NCBI GenBank assembly: GCA_951406725.2
Contig: OX597834.1
Location: 29,512,001 to 29,576,000 of the forward strand
Reading direction: 5' to 3'
DNA length: 64,000 bases
Source of the DNA: Octopus vulgaris
Lineage: Eukaryota
In this document: piece after piece, positions 14,420-27,608 of the stretch
Numbering within the stretch: position 1 is the first letter of the stretch
Layout of the letters: each line of letters starts with the position of its first letter
Made by a program: the position numbers and the translations under genes
The notes under the pieces: model-generated
Seen by the model: only the letters and a program-made list of their open reading frames with translations
Told to the model about the DNA's origin: nothing
Databases searched by the model: none

Positions 14420-14845
14420 ACTGTCAACTTAGTATATACTAAGAGATATACTAACAACCGCAAGATATACAAGCAGCGTTTTTCACCAGAAAGCTGATTC
14501 GTTACTGAAACTGGCCAATGGCAAACCTGTTTAGGATCAGGCATGGAAGAGGACCGCAGAAGAATTAATGAGGGTGCCTCAGAGTGTGACTCACACAGAA
14601 GAAATCTCTCTATGGGTCATAGTGCCAGTATATTTATCTAGATAAATATTTCAATCACCTGAAGATTGACTGTAACTCGAATTTTTACGAATTGGACAGC
14701 CATGAAACGATCGTAGTGTTATACTCATTACCTTTTTTTAATAATTTTGATATATATTTAAAATAATATAAATTAATTAATCTTATGTATTGGCTTAAGT
14801 TTTTCATTGTATGATTTGCCTAATAGTGGTTTTATCTCTAATTTA

Positions 14846-14850
<5 letters not shown>
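14420..14850 (+). mobile_element. Probable Penelope-like element terminal-repeat fragment carrying the hammerhead and ending in (TA)n
   Basis: Contains the hammerhead. Its end motif (ctaatagtggttttatctctaattt) recurs inverted at about 14915-14973 and 31948-31980, always next to (TA)n. No RT or GIY-YIG ORF is visible and the left boundary is approximate. Confidence 0.5.
14656..14718 (+). ncRNA. Type I hammerhead ribozyme, Penelope-associated type
   Basis: cac-CTGAAGA(14659-65)-t-TGACTGT...ACAGCCA-t (stem II, 6/7 pairs)-GAAA(14704-07)-CGATCG-TA-gtg. Core nucleotides are intact, the cleavage triplet is GUA (14713-15), stem III is the palindrome ACGATCGT, and stem I is cac/gtg. Confidence 0.72.
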
Positions 14851-14916
<66 letters not shown>

Positions 14917-15127
14917 TTAGAGACAAAACCACTATTTTGCAAAACAAACAAGGAAAGACTTAATCAATACATAAAATTTTAATAAATAGTAAAAAATAGT
15001 AAAAAATAGTAAAAAATATTATATAATATTTTACTATAAAATTGGATTTAATCCAAAATTTGATTTGTTTCCCTGTAAATTTGGATTTATTCCCTAATAT
15101 TTATTATTATATATATATATATATATA

Positions 15128-16182
15128 TCATTTATTCAGAGTCAGAAGGATAGCATCTACTACATGACTTGATAGCTAAAAGCTACCGGTATGTAGAGGC
15201 TTGTTCTAGTGGGAGGAGATTCACATGGACATTTGATCGCTAGAAATAGCAGCTGAATCTTCATTATTTTACAAATAGAACATATCGCATCATTGAATTC
15301 CTGTACAATCTGATTCTTGAAAAGAAGAAAATAAACAACAACAACAACAACATAGACACAGGTGTGGGTGGGTGGGTGAACTCATGTTCAGTCTTGCTGC
15401 ACCTTGGGCAAGTATCTTCTTCTCTAACCCCAGGCTGACCAGAGCCTTGTGAATGGATGCTTGTCATGTATATGTGTGTGTGTGTGTGTATGCATGTATG
15501 TATACACGTATGAGTATGTGTATGTCTTTCTGTTTTCTGTTTTATTCCCCATCATTGTTTGACAATCGGTGTTGGTTTGTTTACATTCCTGTAACTTAGT
15601 GGTTTGGCAAAAGAAACTGATAGTGTAAGAGGCAAGCTTAAAAAGTTATATAAGTCCCGGTATCGATTTGCTTGATCAAATCGCTTAGGATGGTGCTCCA
15701 GTATGGCCAAAGTCCAATGACTAAAACAAGTAAAAGGTGAAAAAAGGAAAGGTATTTTCATGGGTGGGGGCCAGCTTGATGAGATCTAATCTGGAGGAAA
15801 AACCATGATAAGACTTTAAGTAATGGAAAGAAGAAAAAAAGATGAAAATTCTGTAAAGTTTTGAAATAATTAAGAAATAAAAATTGATGTTCATTTTTAT
15901 ATGAGAGTGAGAAAAATTGAAGGTTGAGTTAGTACAGGTGAAGCACAACCTCAGGTAGATCAACAGGTGACAACAACAACCACAACAACAGTACCATCCA
16001 TCACTAATATATATGTCTTATGTGTGTTTGACATAATCCATTGATCAGTGAAGCATTGCTTCCTTGCCCTAAGGGGTCTTTGACAGGGTACCTTCTGTTG
16101 GCAGCCTTTGGAATGGTGAGTAGATAGCTTTTAGCTATCAAGTCTTGTAGTAGGTGCTATCCTTCTGACTCTGAATAAATGA
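15128..16182. repeat. 58-bp inverted repeat pair enclosing about 940 bp, bounded by (TA)n on both sides
   Basis: 15128-15185 versus the reverse complement of 16125-16182: 56/58 identical. Confidence 0.9.
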
Positions 16183-16206
16183 CATATATATATATATATA
16201 TATATA

Positions 16207-16566
16207 CTAGCACTATGACCCAGCAACGCCAGGTCATAGTGCTAGTGCATGCATATACAACTACATGTGTGCACACATACACGTGAGTACTGTCCAAATC
16301 TCTGACCAATCACATACAGCTAGTTGGCATTCAACTGGCATATTAAGTTTCAGGCATTTTGATTGGGTTTTGGATAGAAAATTCACAAAAAGTCACCTCT
16401 ATTGATTTTTAATGGCTTTGCTGGGTGACTGGGGACATGCAAAGATGTGCATGACCACCCCTGGACGATTTTGAATAACCATAGAAAGTGCGAGCACTCT
16501 AACTGAAAAGATTGTGGATTTGTATAAAGGACACACACACACAGACATTTTGCCATTTATATATAT

Positions 16567-16569
<3 letters not shown>
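16207..16569 (-). mobile_element. Non-autonomous Helitron
   Basis: On the minus strand it starts A|TC(tatatata) at 16569 and ends CTAG|T at 16207. A subterminal hairpin (ctagcactatgacc...ggtcatagtgctag, 16207-16245) is present, the target is A|T inside (TA)n, and no TSD is seen. Confidence 0.7.
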
Positions 16570-16615
<46 letters not shown>

Positions 16616-17502
16616 TACAGATAAATAAACACACACACACACACACACACATATATAGAAAGACAGATAGATATAGATATGTATATATGAAATTCAGGTC
16701 CCTTGTCTTCCTATTAATTTCATAGCACACTCCGTATTCACCTTAGACTTTATTCAGAAGCCTATGGTCCAAGACAGCTGAAGATTGATAGAAACTCTGT
16801 GATATTTGTCCAGGAACTTTAGATTTTGAGATCAAGTACCACTGGAATCAATTTTGCTTTTTGTCCCTTTTGGGGGTCAATAAAACAAAATAGCAGTCAA
16901 GTACTGCACTTGATGTTACCGACTGGCCCCCTTCCCCTCAAATTCTAGCTTTGTTGTCTATTGCTAGGAGGAATTATTGTTGTTTGTTGACTGCATTAAC
17001 CATTTTATATAAACCACGGCACTTTACTTTCCTCCAATTCCCACTGCTCTCCTGAATTCTCTCCACTTCAGACAACACTGCTCTTAACATCACTGTCTGT
17101 GACTTCTGTTCTGGTCACTAAGGCACTGTAATTTACCATTCTGCATCAGAGAGAAAAAGTGAGAGAAAGAGAGAAAGAAAGAAAGAAAGAGAAAGGAACA
17201 TCAGTTCTACTCTCTCTCTCTCTAAATCTATCAATTCCTCTCATTCTCTGTATTTTCTTCTTACTCTCTCTCCCTCTCTCTCTCTCACACACATTTTCTT
17301 CTTTCTTTCTATCTTTCTCTCTCTATGTATCTCTATCTCTCACATTTTCTGTACTTACTTCTAACTTTCTCTCTCTCTCTCTCTCTCTCTCATACACTTT
17401 CTCTTATTTATCTTCTTCTTTCTGTCCTTCTAGAAGCCTTTCTATCTCTCTCTTTCTTTCCCTATGTATGTATGTATGTATGTATGTATGTATGTATGTA
17501 TG

Positions 17503-17539
<37 letters not shown>

Positions 17540-17658
17540 CATATTCTCCGTATATTCTCCATCTCTGCCTCTCTTTCTTTCTTTCTCTCTTTCTCTCTCT
17601 CTCATACACTTTATCTTATATACATTTTCTTCTTCTTTCTCTCTCTCCCCAAAAGTCT

Positions 17659-17696
<38 letters not shown>

Positions 17697-18145
17697 TACC
17701 ACAATTCATTTAGTAATTTAGTACGACCTCCCTGTAGACATACAAACGATATAATTTCACTCATTTACTTTCACTATTCAGAATGAAATCTGCTCTCATT
17801 GAAATCAATTGCCAAAGCCACTGACTCCAACACGTACACACACACACACACACATACACACACACACATGTCTGATTCTAAACAAATATGCACAAGAAAA
17901 CATATATGCATGCATAGACACACACAAATACATTCGCATGCTTGCATGCACAAGTGTGTGCATGTATATATATATGTTTGTATATATATATTCTTGCATA
18001 TGTATTGTTGTCTGTGTAACTTTATTAATAAACTCATCAAATCAAATATAAATTGGATAAAATAATATCATTGAAGCAGACCCAACCATTAAGTCTCTCA
18101 CTTCCCTTTTTTTTTTTTTTTGTAAGCATAGTGACGCACTGACAT

Positions 18146-18178
<33 letters not shown>

Positions 18179-18417
18179 GCCATATCAACACCAACACACT
18201 CTCTCATACACACCCACACTATTACATTCACCGACACACACACACGCACACACAGTTACCAACACACATACACACACACACACAATTATGCTTCTTTCTC
18301 CAAAGAAATTCCTTAAGAAATGAACAGTGACTTATCAAGATGAAATTAATAACCATTATGTATCTTTTAGTCTGTTGATTGTCTACGTTCTTAGTTTGGT
18401 TCTTGTCATCAACGTCG

Positions 18418-18452
<35 letters not shown>

Positions 18453-18785
18453 GTTAATATTATTACCTTTATCAATATTATAATTATTTGTCTGCAGATA
18501 AAAATCTGTGTAGAAGAACATTAATACTACTAACGTTGTTTTTCTTATAAGTTTTAATTGCAAATGATAAATGTTGGTCATGTGGAAATTCTTAGACTAT
18601 ACAGGCACCATGGGGACATGTTGTAGTTAAGAAACTTGTTTCCCAACCAAGAGGTTTCGGGTTCAGTCCTGCAGTGTGGTACCTTGAGGCAAGGGTCTTC
18701 AACTGTATCCCTGGACCGACCAAATCTTTGTAAGTGGATTTGGTAGATGGAAACTGAAAGAAGTCATTGTGTGTGTGTGTGTGTG

Positions 18786-18842
<57 letters not shown>

Positions 18843-18843
18843 A

Positions 18844-18929
<86 letters not shown>

Positions 18930-19997
18930 TGGTGGTGGCTGCCCCCTTGTTATCGAGTATGGCCATTGCACGAAGCTTAATCAATGTTGTTATCGTGCAA
19001 TGCCTGTGAATATATATATATACATACATGCATATATACACACATGCATACATACACACAGCGTGAATCTTTAAATGATGATGATGATGATGATGATGGG
19101 TTGTATAACAGGATGCCAATATGGCATTGTTGCACTCTTTTCGCTGTCTACCTTTTTGTGTGTATCTGAAAACTCGTTCTTGTGATAACCACAATTAAGG
19201 TGAGTATTGTACTTTCAATCAGGGCACAACAGTTACTGTCTTATTTCTGCTGCTTTACATCCCAGCTTGCCACCAGAGAGATGCTCTTTGAAGCTAACGA
19301 GGTTATGGATGATACTAGTCAGTGCATATGCTTTTTTCCTTTTCTTTTTTTTTTGTATTGGTTTACATAGAGTAGGAAGGATTCTGTTCTCGGGACAGTG
19401 TTATAGAGGTGTGCTGTGGGTGTTACAGATAAATCAATGAACTGTGAAGAGAGATTCTTCATGGCTGTTTGACTTGCTAAGAAAAACAGTCTCATAATAA
19501 TCCCTGTTATCATAAAAAGTGCATGAGGTTTGTTATGAAATGAAAAAAGATACAATGATTAATATTACTGGATGAAAAAATAGATTTATCTTTTTATCCA
19601 GTAACTTTTATCATTTCCTCTATATTTAATAAATAATAATGTTATTCTATGACTCTTTTGTAGAAAGGGATACATCATATAATTTTCTATATATTTTTTA
19701 CATATTATTTCATTGAACATCACAACACCAATTCAAATTAAAAAAGAAATGACATAAAAACGATATCACACTGAAAAATAAAGTTCTTTCAAAGAAGAAT
19801 TAATATTTTATATTTTTCTTTTTTTCATTTCATTTTATATATTTGTTTAACCAGTCATTTTTTTTTTCCTTGTTGCACAAAAAACATTGAACTAGAATCT
19901 CTCTTTAACTTTTCTTGATAGGAAAAAATATAAGACAAAAGTTTCACAATTTTTTTTCTTTATGGAAAATTCAAAATGAATATTGGAATGGAATTAC

Positions 19998-20185
19998 CTT
20001 GAAAATAGCTCTTGATCCGCAGATAACTAACTGCCAAGCGGAGGATGGAAAGTTTATCAAGTTTTGAGATCACGCTCTGTTCAAACGGCAATAGGCTTGC
20101 AAGATGATCCAATTCGGCATTCAGTCTTTCCCGATGGCGCTTACTTGGATTGCTTTTTGGTGGATCTTTCACTGGGGGCTTCACA
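19998..20185 (-). CDS. AHR: Internal coding exon of aryl hydrocarbon receptor (AhR/spineless orthologue), bHLH domain
   Basis: Translates as [62 protein letters not shown], the AhR-family bHLH signature ([20 protein letters not shown]...KLDKLS.LRL.VSYLR.KS.F). On the minus strand the acceptor is tctcttctgttttag (AG at 20187-20186) and the donor is CAAG|gtaatt (GT at 19997-19996). Length is 188 nt with a phase-2 start and phase-1 end. Confidence 0.96.
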
Positions 20186-20778
20186 CTAAAACAGAAGAGA
20201 GATGATACACTATTATAGTTAGAGTCACTCCTCATTCTTCTTATTATTATTGTGGTTAAGAAGTTTGCTGGGCACCTTAGGCAAGTGTTTTTACTATAAA
20301 CTCAGGCCAGACTAAAGCCTTGTGAGTGGATTTCATCATCATCATCATCATCGTTTAGCGTCCGCTTTCCATGCTAGCATAGGTTGGACGGTTCAACTGG
20401 GGTCTGGGAAGCCAGAAGGCTGCACCAGGCCCAGTCTGATCTGGCAATGTTTCTACGGCTGGATGCCCTTCCTAACGCCAACCACTCCATGAGTGTAGTG
20501 GGTGCTTTTTATGTGCCACCGGCACAGGTGCCAGACGAGGCTGGCAAACGGCCACGATCGGATGGTGCTTTTTACACGGGGGCCAGTAAATGGAAACTGA
20601 AAGAAGCCTGTCACATGTGTGTGCGTGTGTGCATGTATGTGTGCGCGTGTGTGTGTGTGCATGAGTGTGTGTATGATTATTCTCTTATCTACTGCCTAAT
20701 GGTACGGAGTGATAGCAGCAGTTATATGAGGTTCTACCGATATAATGTAGGATAAATATAAAACTACACACACACACA

Positions 20779-21002
20779 CTTTTACGCTTTCACTTGTTTC
20801 AGTCATTTCACTGTGGCCACGCTGGAGCACCGCCTTTAGTCGAGCAAAGCGACCTCAGGACTTATTCTTTGTAAGCTTAGTACTTATTCTATCGGTCTCT
20901 TTTGCCAAACTGCTACGTTACGGGGATGTAAACACACCACCATTGGTTGTCAAGTGATGTTGGGGGGACAAACACAGACACACGAACATATACACACACA
21001 CA

Positions 21003-21048
<46 letters not shown>

Positions 21049-21195
21049 TACGACAGGCTTCTTTCAGTTTCTGTCTAGCAAATCCAGTCACAAGGCTTTG
21101 CTCAGCCCGAGACTATAGTAGAAGACATTTGCCCAAGGTACCACACAGTAGGACTGAACCCAGCAAGCTACTTACCACACAGCCACTCCTGCACC
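20779..21195 (-). mobile_element. SINE family A copy
   Basis: Reverse-complement match to 23793-24191. Confidence 0.85.
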
Positions 21196-21663
21196 TATAT
21201 ATAATACGTATATATAATGTCTAACTGTTATTTTACTTAGCTAATTATATTTATTTAAACAAAGTATCATCCATTTTATTTCGATGCCTATCTATTGTTC
21301 TGTTCCTGTCTTCCCATCTATATTTTTATATCTGTCTATCTATCTTCCTATCAACTTATGTGTCTATCAGTCCGTCTGTCCGTCTGTCCACCTCTGTCAG
21401 TCTTTCGCTCTCTTTCTTTCAATGTTTCTGTATCTATTCTGTGATTCTGTGCCTGCCTTGTCAGTCAATCCAATCTGTCATTCTATATATCTATCTTTCA
21501 ATCTATCATACAACAGCTGCCTGTCTGCCATTCTGCATCTTCTCATCTCTCAGTCTATCTATATCTATCTATCTATCTATCTGCCTATCTGCCTATCTAT
21601 CTTTCCCTATCTGTCTATCTATCTACCTATCTATCTATCTTTCTATCTATCTTTCCCTATCTG

Positions 21664-21743
<80 letters not shown>

Positions 21744-21763
21744 CCTATCTATCTATCCATCCA

Positions 21764-21856
<93 letters not shown>

Positions 21857-22677
21857 CCATCTGCTTATCTGTCTGTCTGTCTATCTATCTATCTATCCTA
21901 CAATCTGTCAACATCTTAATGACTTCACCAGCTAAGACTTTCAGGTATTTTCATATTAAATAATTACACACAGTAAAAATAATACTCAAATGAAGATTTG
22001 TGGTGTACGAAAGAAAGAAGTCTTTCTTTGGAACAAGATTATGTTTAGCAAATGATGATGTCTCTCCTTTTCTATCTTAAAATTCATTCCATAATTAAAA
22101 AATTAAGATTATGAAAACTCTTTATCCTTTACTTTCATTCTATTTATTTAATTTTTTCTTTACTTTTTCCCCATATTTCCATGTTTTAACAAATTATTGC
22201 AAAAAAAAAAAACCATAAAAAATAAAGCTGAAATAAAGTTAAGACAGGAAAGACAAAAATAATTGAAGAAAATATACTAAATAAAAAAAAAAACAATAAA
22301 TCACATTTTATTTCTTTTGTTGTTTCTTCCTTTTTTTTGTTTTGCTTCATTTTTTAAAACAAATTTTCACAATTTGAATAGATTTAAAAGCTTTTTGCTT
22401 TAGAAAACAGACTGACATCAAGTCATTGAAAATTGGTTTATGTCTGCACTGAATAAATTGTGTTAAACATGTCAAAGTCAGTGAAGGAATTTAGCAGGAA
22501 CACACACGCACACATGTGCACACACACACACACACACACACATGTATACATATATGCATTGCATATGTACACATACACACATTTATATATGCATACAAAA
22601 ATACATACATATATACATATATACATATATATATACACATATATATATACATAAATATATACATATGTATATACATA

Positions 22678-22709
<32 letters not shown>

Positions 22710-22770
22710 CATTTATATACATATATATATACATATATATACATATATATATATATATACATATATATAT

Positions 22771-22834
<64 letters not shown>

Positions 22835-23066
22835 GACAATTTAAATTTTACTGATCAAATTATCTATAATTGAATTTTTCACTCAATTTTTACATTTTTC
22901 CTGTTGTTATGTTTATTTTATGATTTTCTTGATTTGTTGCACTGCTTTTCTTTTCTCTTTTTTTGTTTATTTCTTCCAGTATTATAACTTTAATTAACTT
23001 GCCTTTTATTGTATTTTTAATTATGTTCCTGCTTAGTGCATAGCTCAGTGTATGCAGATTTGTCTG

Positions 23067-23117
<51 letters not shown>

Positions 23118-23130
23118 ATGTGCATGTGCA

Positions 23131-23174
<44 letters not shown>

Positions 23175-23792
23175 GTGTGCATCGTTCGTTACACTGGACA
23201 TCGGCAATAATAATTATGCTTACATACATATATGTACAGAGATATATGTGTATCGGTGTGCATGTGGTGTGTGTGTGTGTGTGTGTGTGTGTGCATGTGT
23301 GTGTGTGTGTGTGTGAGTGTGGTGTGTGTGTGTGTGTGTGCATGTGGTGGGTGTATGTGAGTGTGCATGTGGTGTGTGTGTGTGTGTGAGTGTGTGTGTG
23401 CATGTGGTGTGTGTGTGTGCATGTGGTGTGCATGTGGTGTGTGTATGTGAATGACTATTCATTTTTTCTCCTTTTCTCCCTTCAACGTTTGCAGTTGTTA
23501 AAGATGTCTGCACATTTAAACATTAATGGTATGTATTCTTAATTGAGATTTCTAAAGCACTTCCTGCCGTGTACCATTATGTACAACTCAAGACGTCTCA
23601 ATGTGGTCATTCAGTCTCCTAGAAATAACAGTCAACTATCTCTGAAATTATGCATAACTCTCTATCAAAAAGAATGTAAATCTCATCACATATCTACAAC
23701 ATAGACAAATGACAATGATAAAATGTAAAGCAAGGTATAAATGGCTTTACGATAATAATAATAATAATAATAATAATGATGATGATGGAATG

Positions 23793-24191
23793 GGAGTGGC
23801 TGTGTGGTAAGTAGCTTGTTTACCAACCACATGGTTCCGGGTTCAGTCCCACTGCGTGGCACCTTGGACAAGTGTTTTCTACTATAGCCTCGGGCCGACC
23901 AAAGCCCTGTGAGTGGATTTGGTAGATGGAAACTGAAAGAAGCCCGTCGTATATATGTATATATATATGAGTGTGTGTTTGTCTGTGTTTGTCTCCCTAG
24001 CATTGCTTGACAACCGATGCTGGTGTGTTTATGTCCCCGTTACTTAGCGGTTCGGCAAAAGAGACCGATAGAATAAGTACTGGGCTTACAAAAGAATAAG
24101 TCCCGGGATCGAGTTGCTCGATTAAAGGCGGTGCTCCAGCATGGCCGCAGTCAAATGACTGAAACAAGTTAAAGAGTAAAAGAGTAAGAGT
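23793..24191 (+). mobile_element. Full-length tRNA-derived SINE, family A (most abundant in the window)
   Basis: Pol III-like head ggagtggctgtgtggtaag...gggttcagtccc, internal (TA/TG)n, and tail gctccagcatggccgcagtcaaatgactgaaacaagt(aaagagt)n. More than 15 full or partial copies, e.g. 1-80, 4036-4488, 15358-15740, 18610-18770, 24660-24965, 29010-29300, 35960-36365, 47560-47740, 60600-61010. Confidence 0.85.
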
Positions 24192-26839
24192 AATGGTGTC
24201 AATGATTTTGATGGTAATTGTGGTGATGATGATGACGATGATGAAAAACTGTAAGAAAGGAGAACGAAGCCACATAGACCTCCCCAGACAGATAAATTAG
24301 GCATGTTCGGATAACTGAACAAGATTACAATCAGTGGCACAGCTGGAGGGAAGTGTAAGGGGTACATTCTACCCTTGGTGGTGCGTCTATGAGGGTAGCA
24401 CTTTTGGGTCTACTGTATAAGACTGTATAGACTGTTTGGTGGGTGGGGGGAAAAGAGATTAAGTGGGGGAGGACTCAAGGTCTTCCTTGGACATTAATTA
24501 AAATTTAATTATGCCAGTTTTAGGATAATGAATATTGTCTAATATTTTGGTAAAGAAATTTTTCTACGACTCATATTTCAGGACTTCCTTCTGAAAAGAG
24601 TTGGAAAAGCTAAAAGGGGGAGGAAAAACCCAGCATCAGCAGACTATTGAGACGTATAAGGATTTGGTAGATGGATTTGGTAGACGGATTTGGTAGACGG
24701 AAACTGAAAGAAGTCTGTCGTATATATGTGTATATATATATGTGTGTGCGTGTATGTTATTATGTCTGTGTTTGTCCCCCCAACATCGCTTGACAACCGA
24801 TGCTGGTGTGTTTATGTCCCCATCACTTAGCGGTTCGGCAAAAGAGACCGATAGAATAAGTACTGGGCTTATAAAGAATAAGTCCCGGGGTCGAGTTGCT
24901 CGATGAAAGGTGGTGCTCCAGCATGGCTGCAGTCAAATGACTGAAACAAGTAAAAGTAAAGTAAGTAAGTATCCATTTTCCATGCTGGCATGGTTTGGAT
25001 GATTTGACAGGGACTGGCAAGGCTAGGGGCCCGCACAGGTTCCATAGTCTGTTTTGGCATGGTTTCCAGGTGCTTTTTCACACAGTACCATCACCAGTGT
25101 TTGTTACATGGCACCAGTTCTTTTTATGTGGGTGGGCATGATGATAATCTTTTCTGCTAAAGGCAAAAAGCCTGAAATTTCGTTGGGGTTTGGCTAGTCA
25201 ATGCCAAGAAGCTCAGAACTCGACTGACATTATTTTATCAGCCCTGAAAGGACGACAGGCAAAGTCAACCTCTGTAAAGTGATTGACATTTGGAGGGTAT
25301 CCAGTCATAGAAACCATACTAGAGCAGGCAGTAGGGCTTGAGGAGGTCCTCTGGCTTACCAGCTTCTATCAAATTGTCCAACCCATGCCAGCATGGAATG
25401 TGGACATTAAATGATGGTGACGATGTCGATGATGATTATTTTTCTTCTTGGAGATGGTAGTGAAGAGGACTTATTTTCATCTGGGTATATGGTAAAGAGG
25501 TGTAGGAGGATGGGTGAACGAGTGAATGGATGGATGGATGAAGTGGGTAGGTAGGAGTTTGGTGGCTTGTTTGAGACTGAGATCTTCTCATGATCGGAAT
25601 AAACACGTTAATCCTTCTTTAGTCCTAATCTAAGAAACTGCAGGCTAAACTGAGAATTAAATACTATTAACCTAAGTGATGAATGAGGTCACCAGCCAGG
25701 TTGTGATCATGTGGCGGTGGTGGTGGTGGTGGTGGTAGTGGTGGTGGTGACCGTAGTGAATGTAGTATGTAGAAGTAGTGATGATGGTGAAGGCGGTGGT
25801 GCTAGTGGTTAGGGGTGGATGATGGTGACCAAGGGGTGGTCATGTTAATAGCAGTGATAGGGACAATGATGGTGATAGTGGTAGTGGTGGTGGTGGTGGT
25901 GGTGGTGGTAGTGGGGATAATAGCAACAGTGGTGGTGGCAGCAGCAATGAAGAGGTAGTGGTGGATGCTGTGATGTTCATGTCGGTGACTATTTGATGAA
26001 AGTGGTGGTGATGCTGTCTTGTAGTAATACTGATACTGGTGCTGGTTGGGACATAGTGATCATGTGATGATGATGATGATGATGAGAGGGAGGCTGGAAG
26101 TGGTGGTGGTGGTGGTGGAGGGAGAGTTAATGGTGAAAGGTGGAGGGGATGGAGCAAGAACATAAAGTGAGTTAGGGGTTGAAATATTGGGGGGAGGGTT
26201 GACTGTAATAATAATGATGGTGGTGGTGCTGGAGGAAGTGGTGAAGTGGTGGTGTTGGTTATGATGGTGGTCGTCATCATCATTGTCAATTGCTGATGTC
26301 AAAGTTGTAGTGGTAGGTAGTAATACTGGTGGTAGTGGTGGTGGTGGTGGTAGTAATGGTGGTAGAGGTAGCAGGGGTGGTAGTGGTAGTGGTGGTGGTT
26401 GAAGTGGCAGGGGTGGCAGTGTGGTGGTAGTGGTAGTGGTGGTAGTGGTAGTGGTGGTAGTGGTAGTGGTGGTAGTGGTAGTGGTGGTAGTAGTAGTGGT
26501 GGTAGTGGTGGTGGCAATGGTGGTGGTGGTGGCAGTGGTGGTGGTGGTGGTGATGGTGGTAGAGGTAGCAGGGGTGGCAGTGGTGGTGGTAGTGGTGGTG
26601 GTTGAGGTGGCAGGGGTGGCAGTGGTGGTGGTGGTGGTAGTGGTGGTGGTGGTGGTGGCGGCGGCGGCAGCGGCGGTGGTGGTGGTGGTGGTGGTAGAGG
26701 TAGCAGGGGTGGCAATGGTATCAGGGGGGTTGGCCAGTTGATGGATGGAAGCTATAATATTCTGGTGCCGTATAAAAGATACTTAAGAATGTGGTTCTGA
26801 AACAGCACCTGGGTCTGAGACATTCAGACCAGTGAGAAA

Positions 26840-26874
<35 letters not shown>

Positions 26875-27076
26875 GGGGGGAGAGGGGAGGAGAGAGAGAG
26901 AGATTTGCAGAGATTGTTTCTTACATGACAGAGATGAAGAAACTTAAAGAAGCCATTATGATGCAACACCCAAACATTGTGGTTGCCTGTATTTCACTTT
27001 ATAGGAGAACAATGTGTGTGTGTGTGTGTGTGTGTATGTGTGTATGTGTGTGTGTGTGTGTGTGTGTATGTGTGTA

Positions 27077-27108
<32 letters not shown>

Positions 27109-27224
27109 TGCAGTTATATAATCTTAAATGTGTGTGTGTGAGAGTGTAATTTGATTATGTATCTGTATGTAATCTGTGAGAGAGAGAGAGAGAGAAAGAA
27201 AGTGTATGCATAAGAGAGAGAAAA

Positions 27225-27276
<52 letters not shown>

Positions 27277-27568
27277 TGTGTACTTTGGTGTATATAAGTG
27301 TGTGTTTGTGCAATCTGAAATGGTTGCACAAATGTTACTTGGTTATGCGTCTGTATGTAATCACAGAGTTTGTTTATGTAATTTGATGTGTGTTCAGACA
27401 TTAATAATAAATAAGAGAGAGCAAGTGAAGTGCAGGTTAATAGATATGTGTGTGTGATTACCTTCTTGTGTGTGTGTGTGTGTGTGCGTGTAATATGTAT
27501 CTATTGTGTAATACATTAAAAAAGAAAACACTGTATATTTTATTTACACATATATTCACGTGCATGCA

Positions 27569-27608
<40 letters not shown>

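Noticed and set aside
16774-16800. acag-CTGAAGA-ttgata-GAAA-ct-ctgt hammerhead-like string
   Set aside because: No room for stem II or stem III and no valid NUH geometry.
19960-20235. The full 91-aa ORF as a single-exon bHLH gene
   Set aside because: Similarity to AhR stops exactly at canonical AG and GT splice sites; the flanking residues are intron read-through.
23850-23860. GCGTG cores in SINE A copies as AhR response elements
   Set aside because: Context is CTGCGTG rather than TNGCGTG, and the motif is simply part of a genome-wide SINE.
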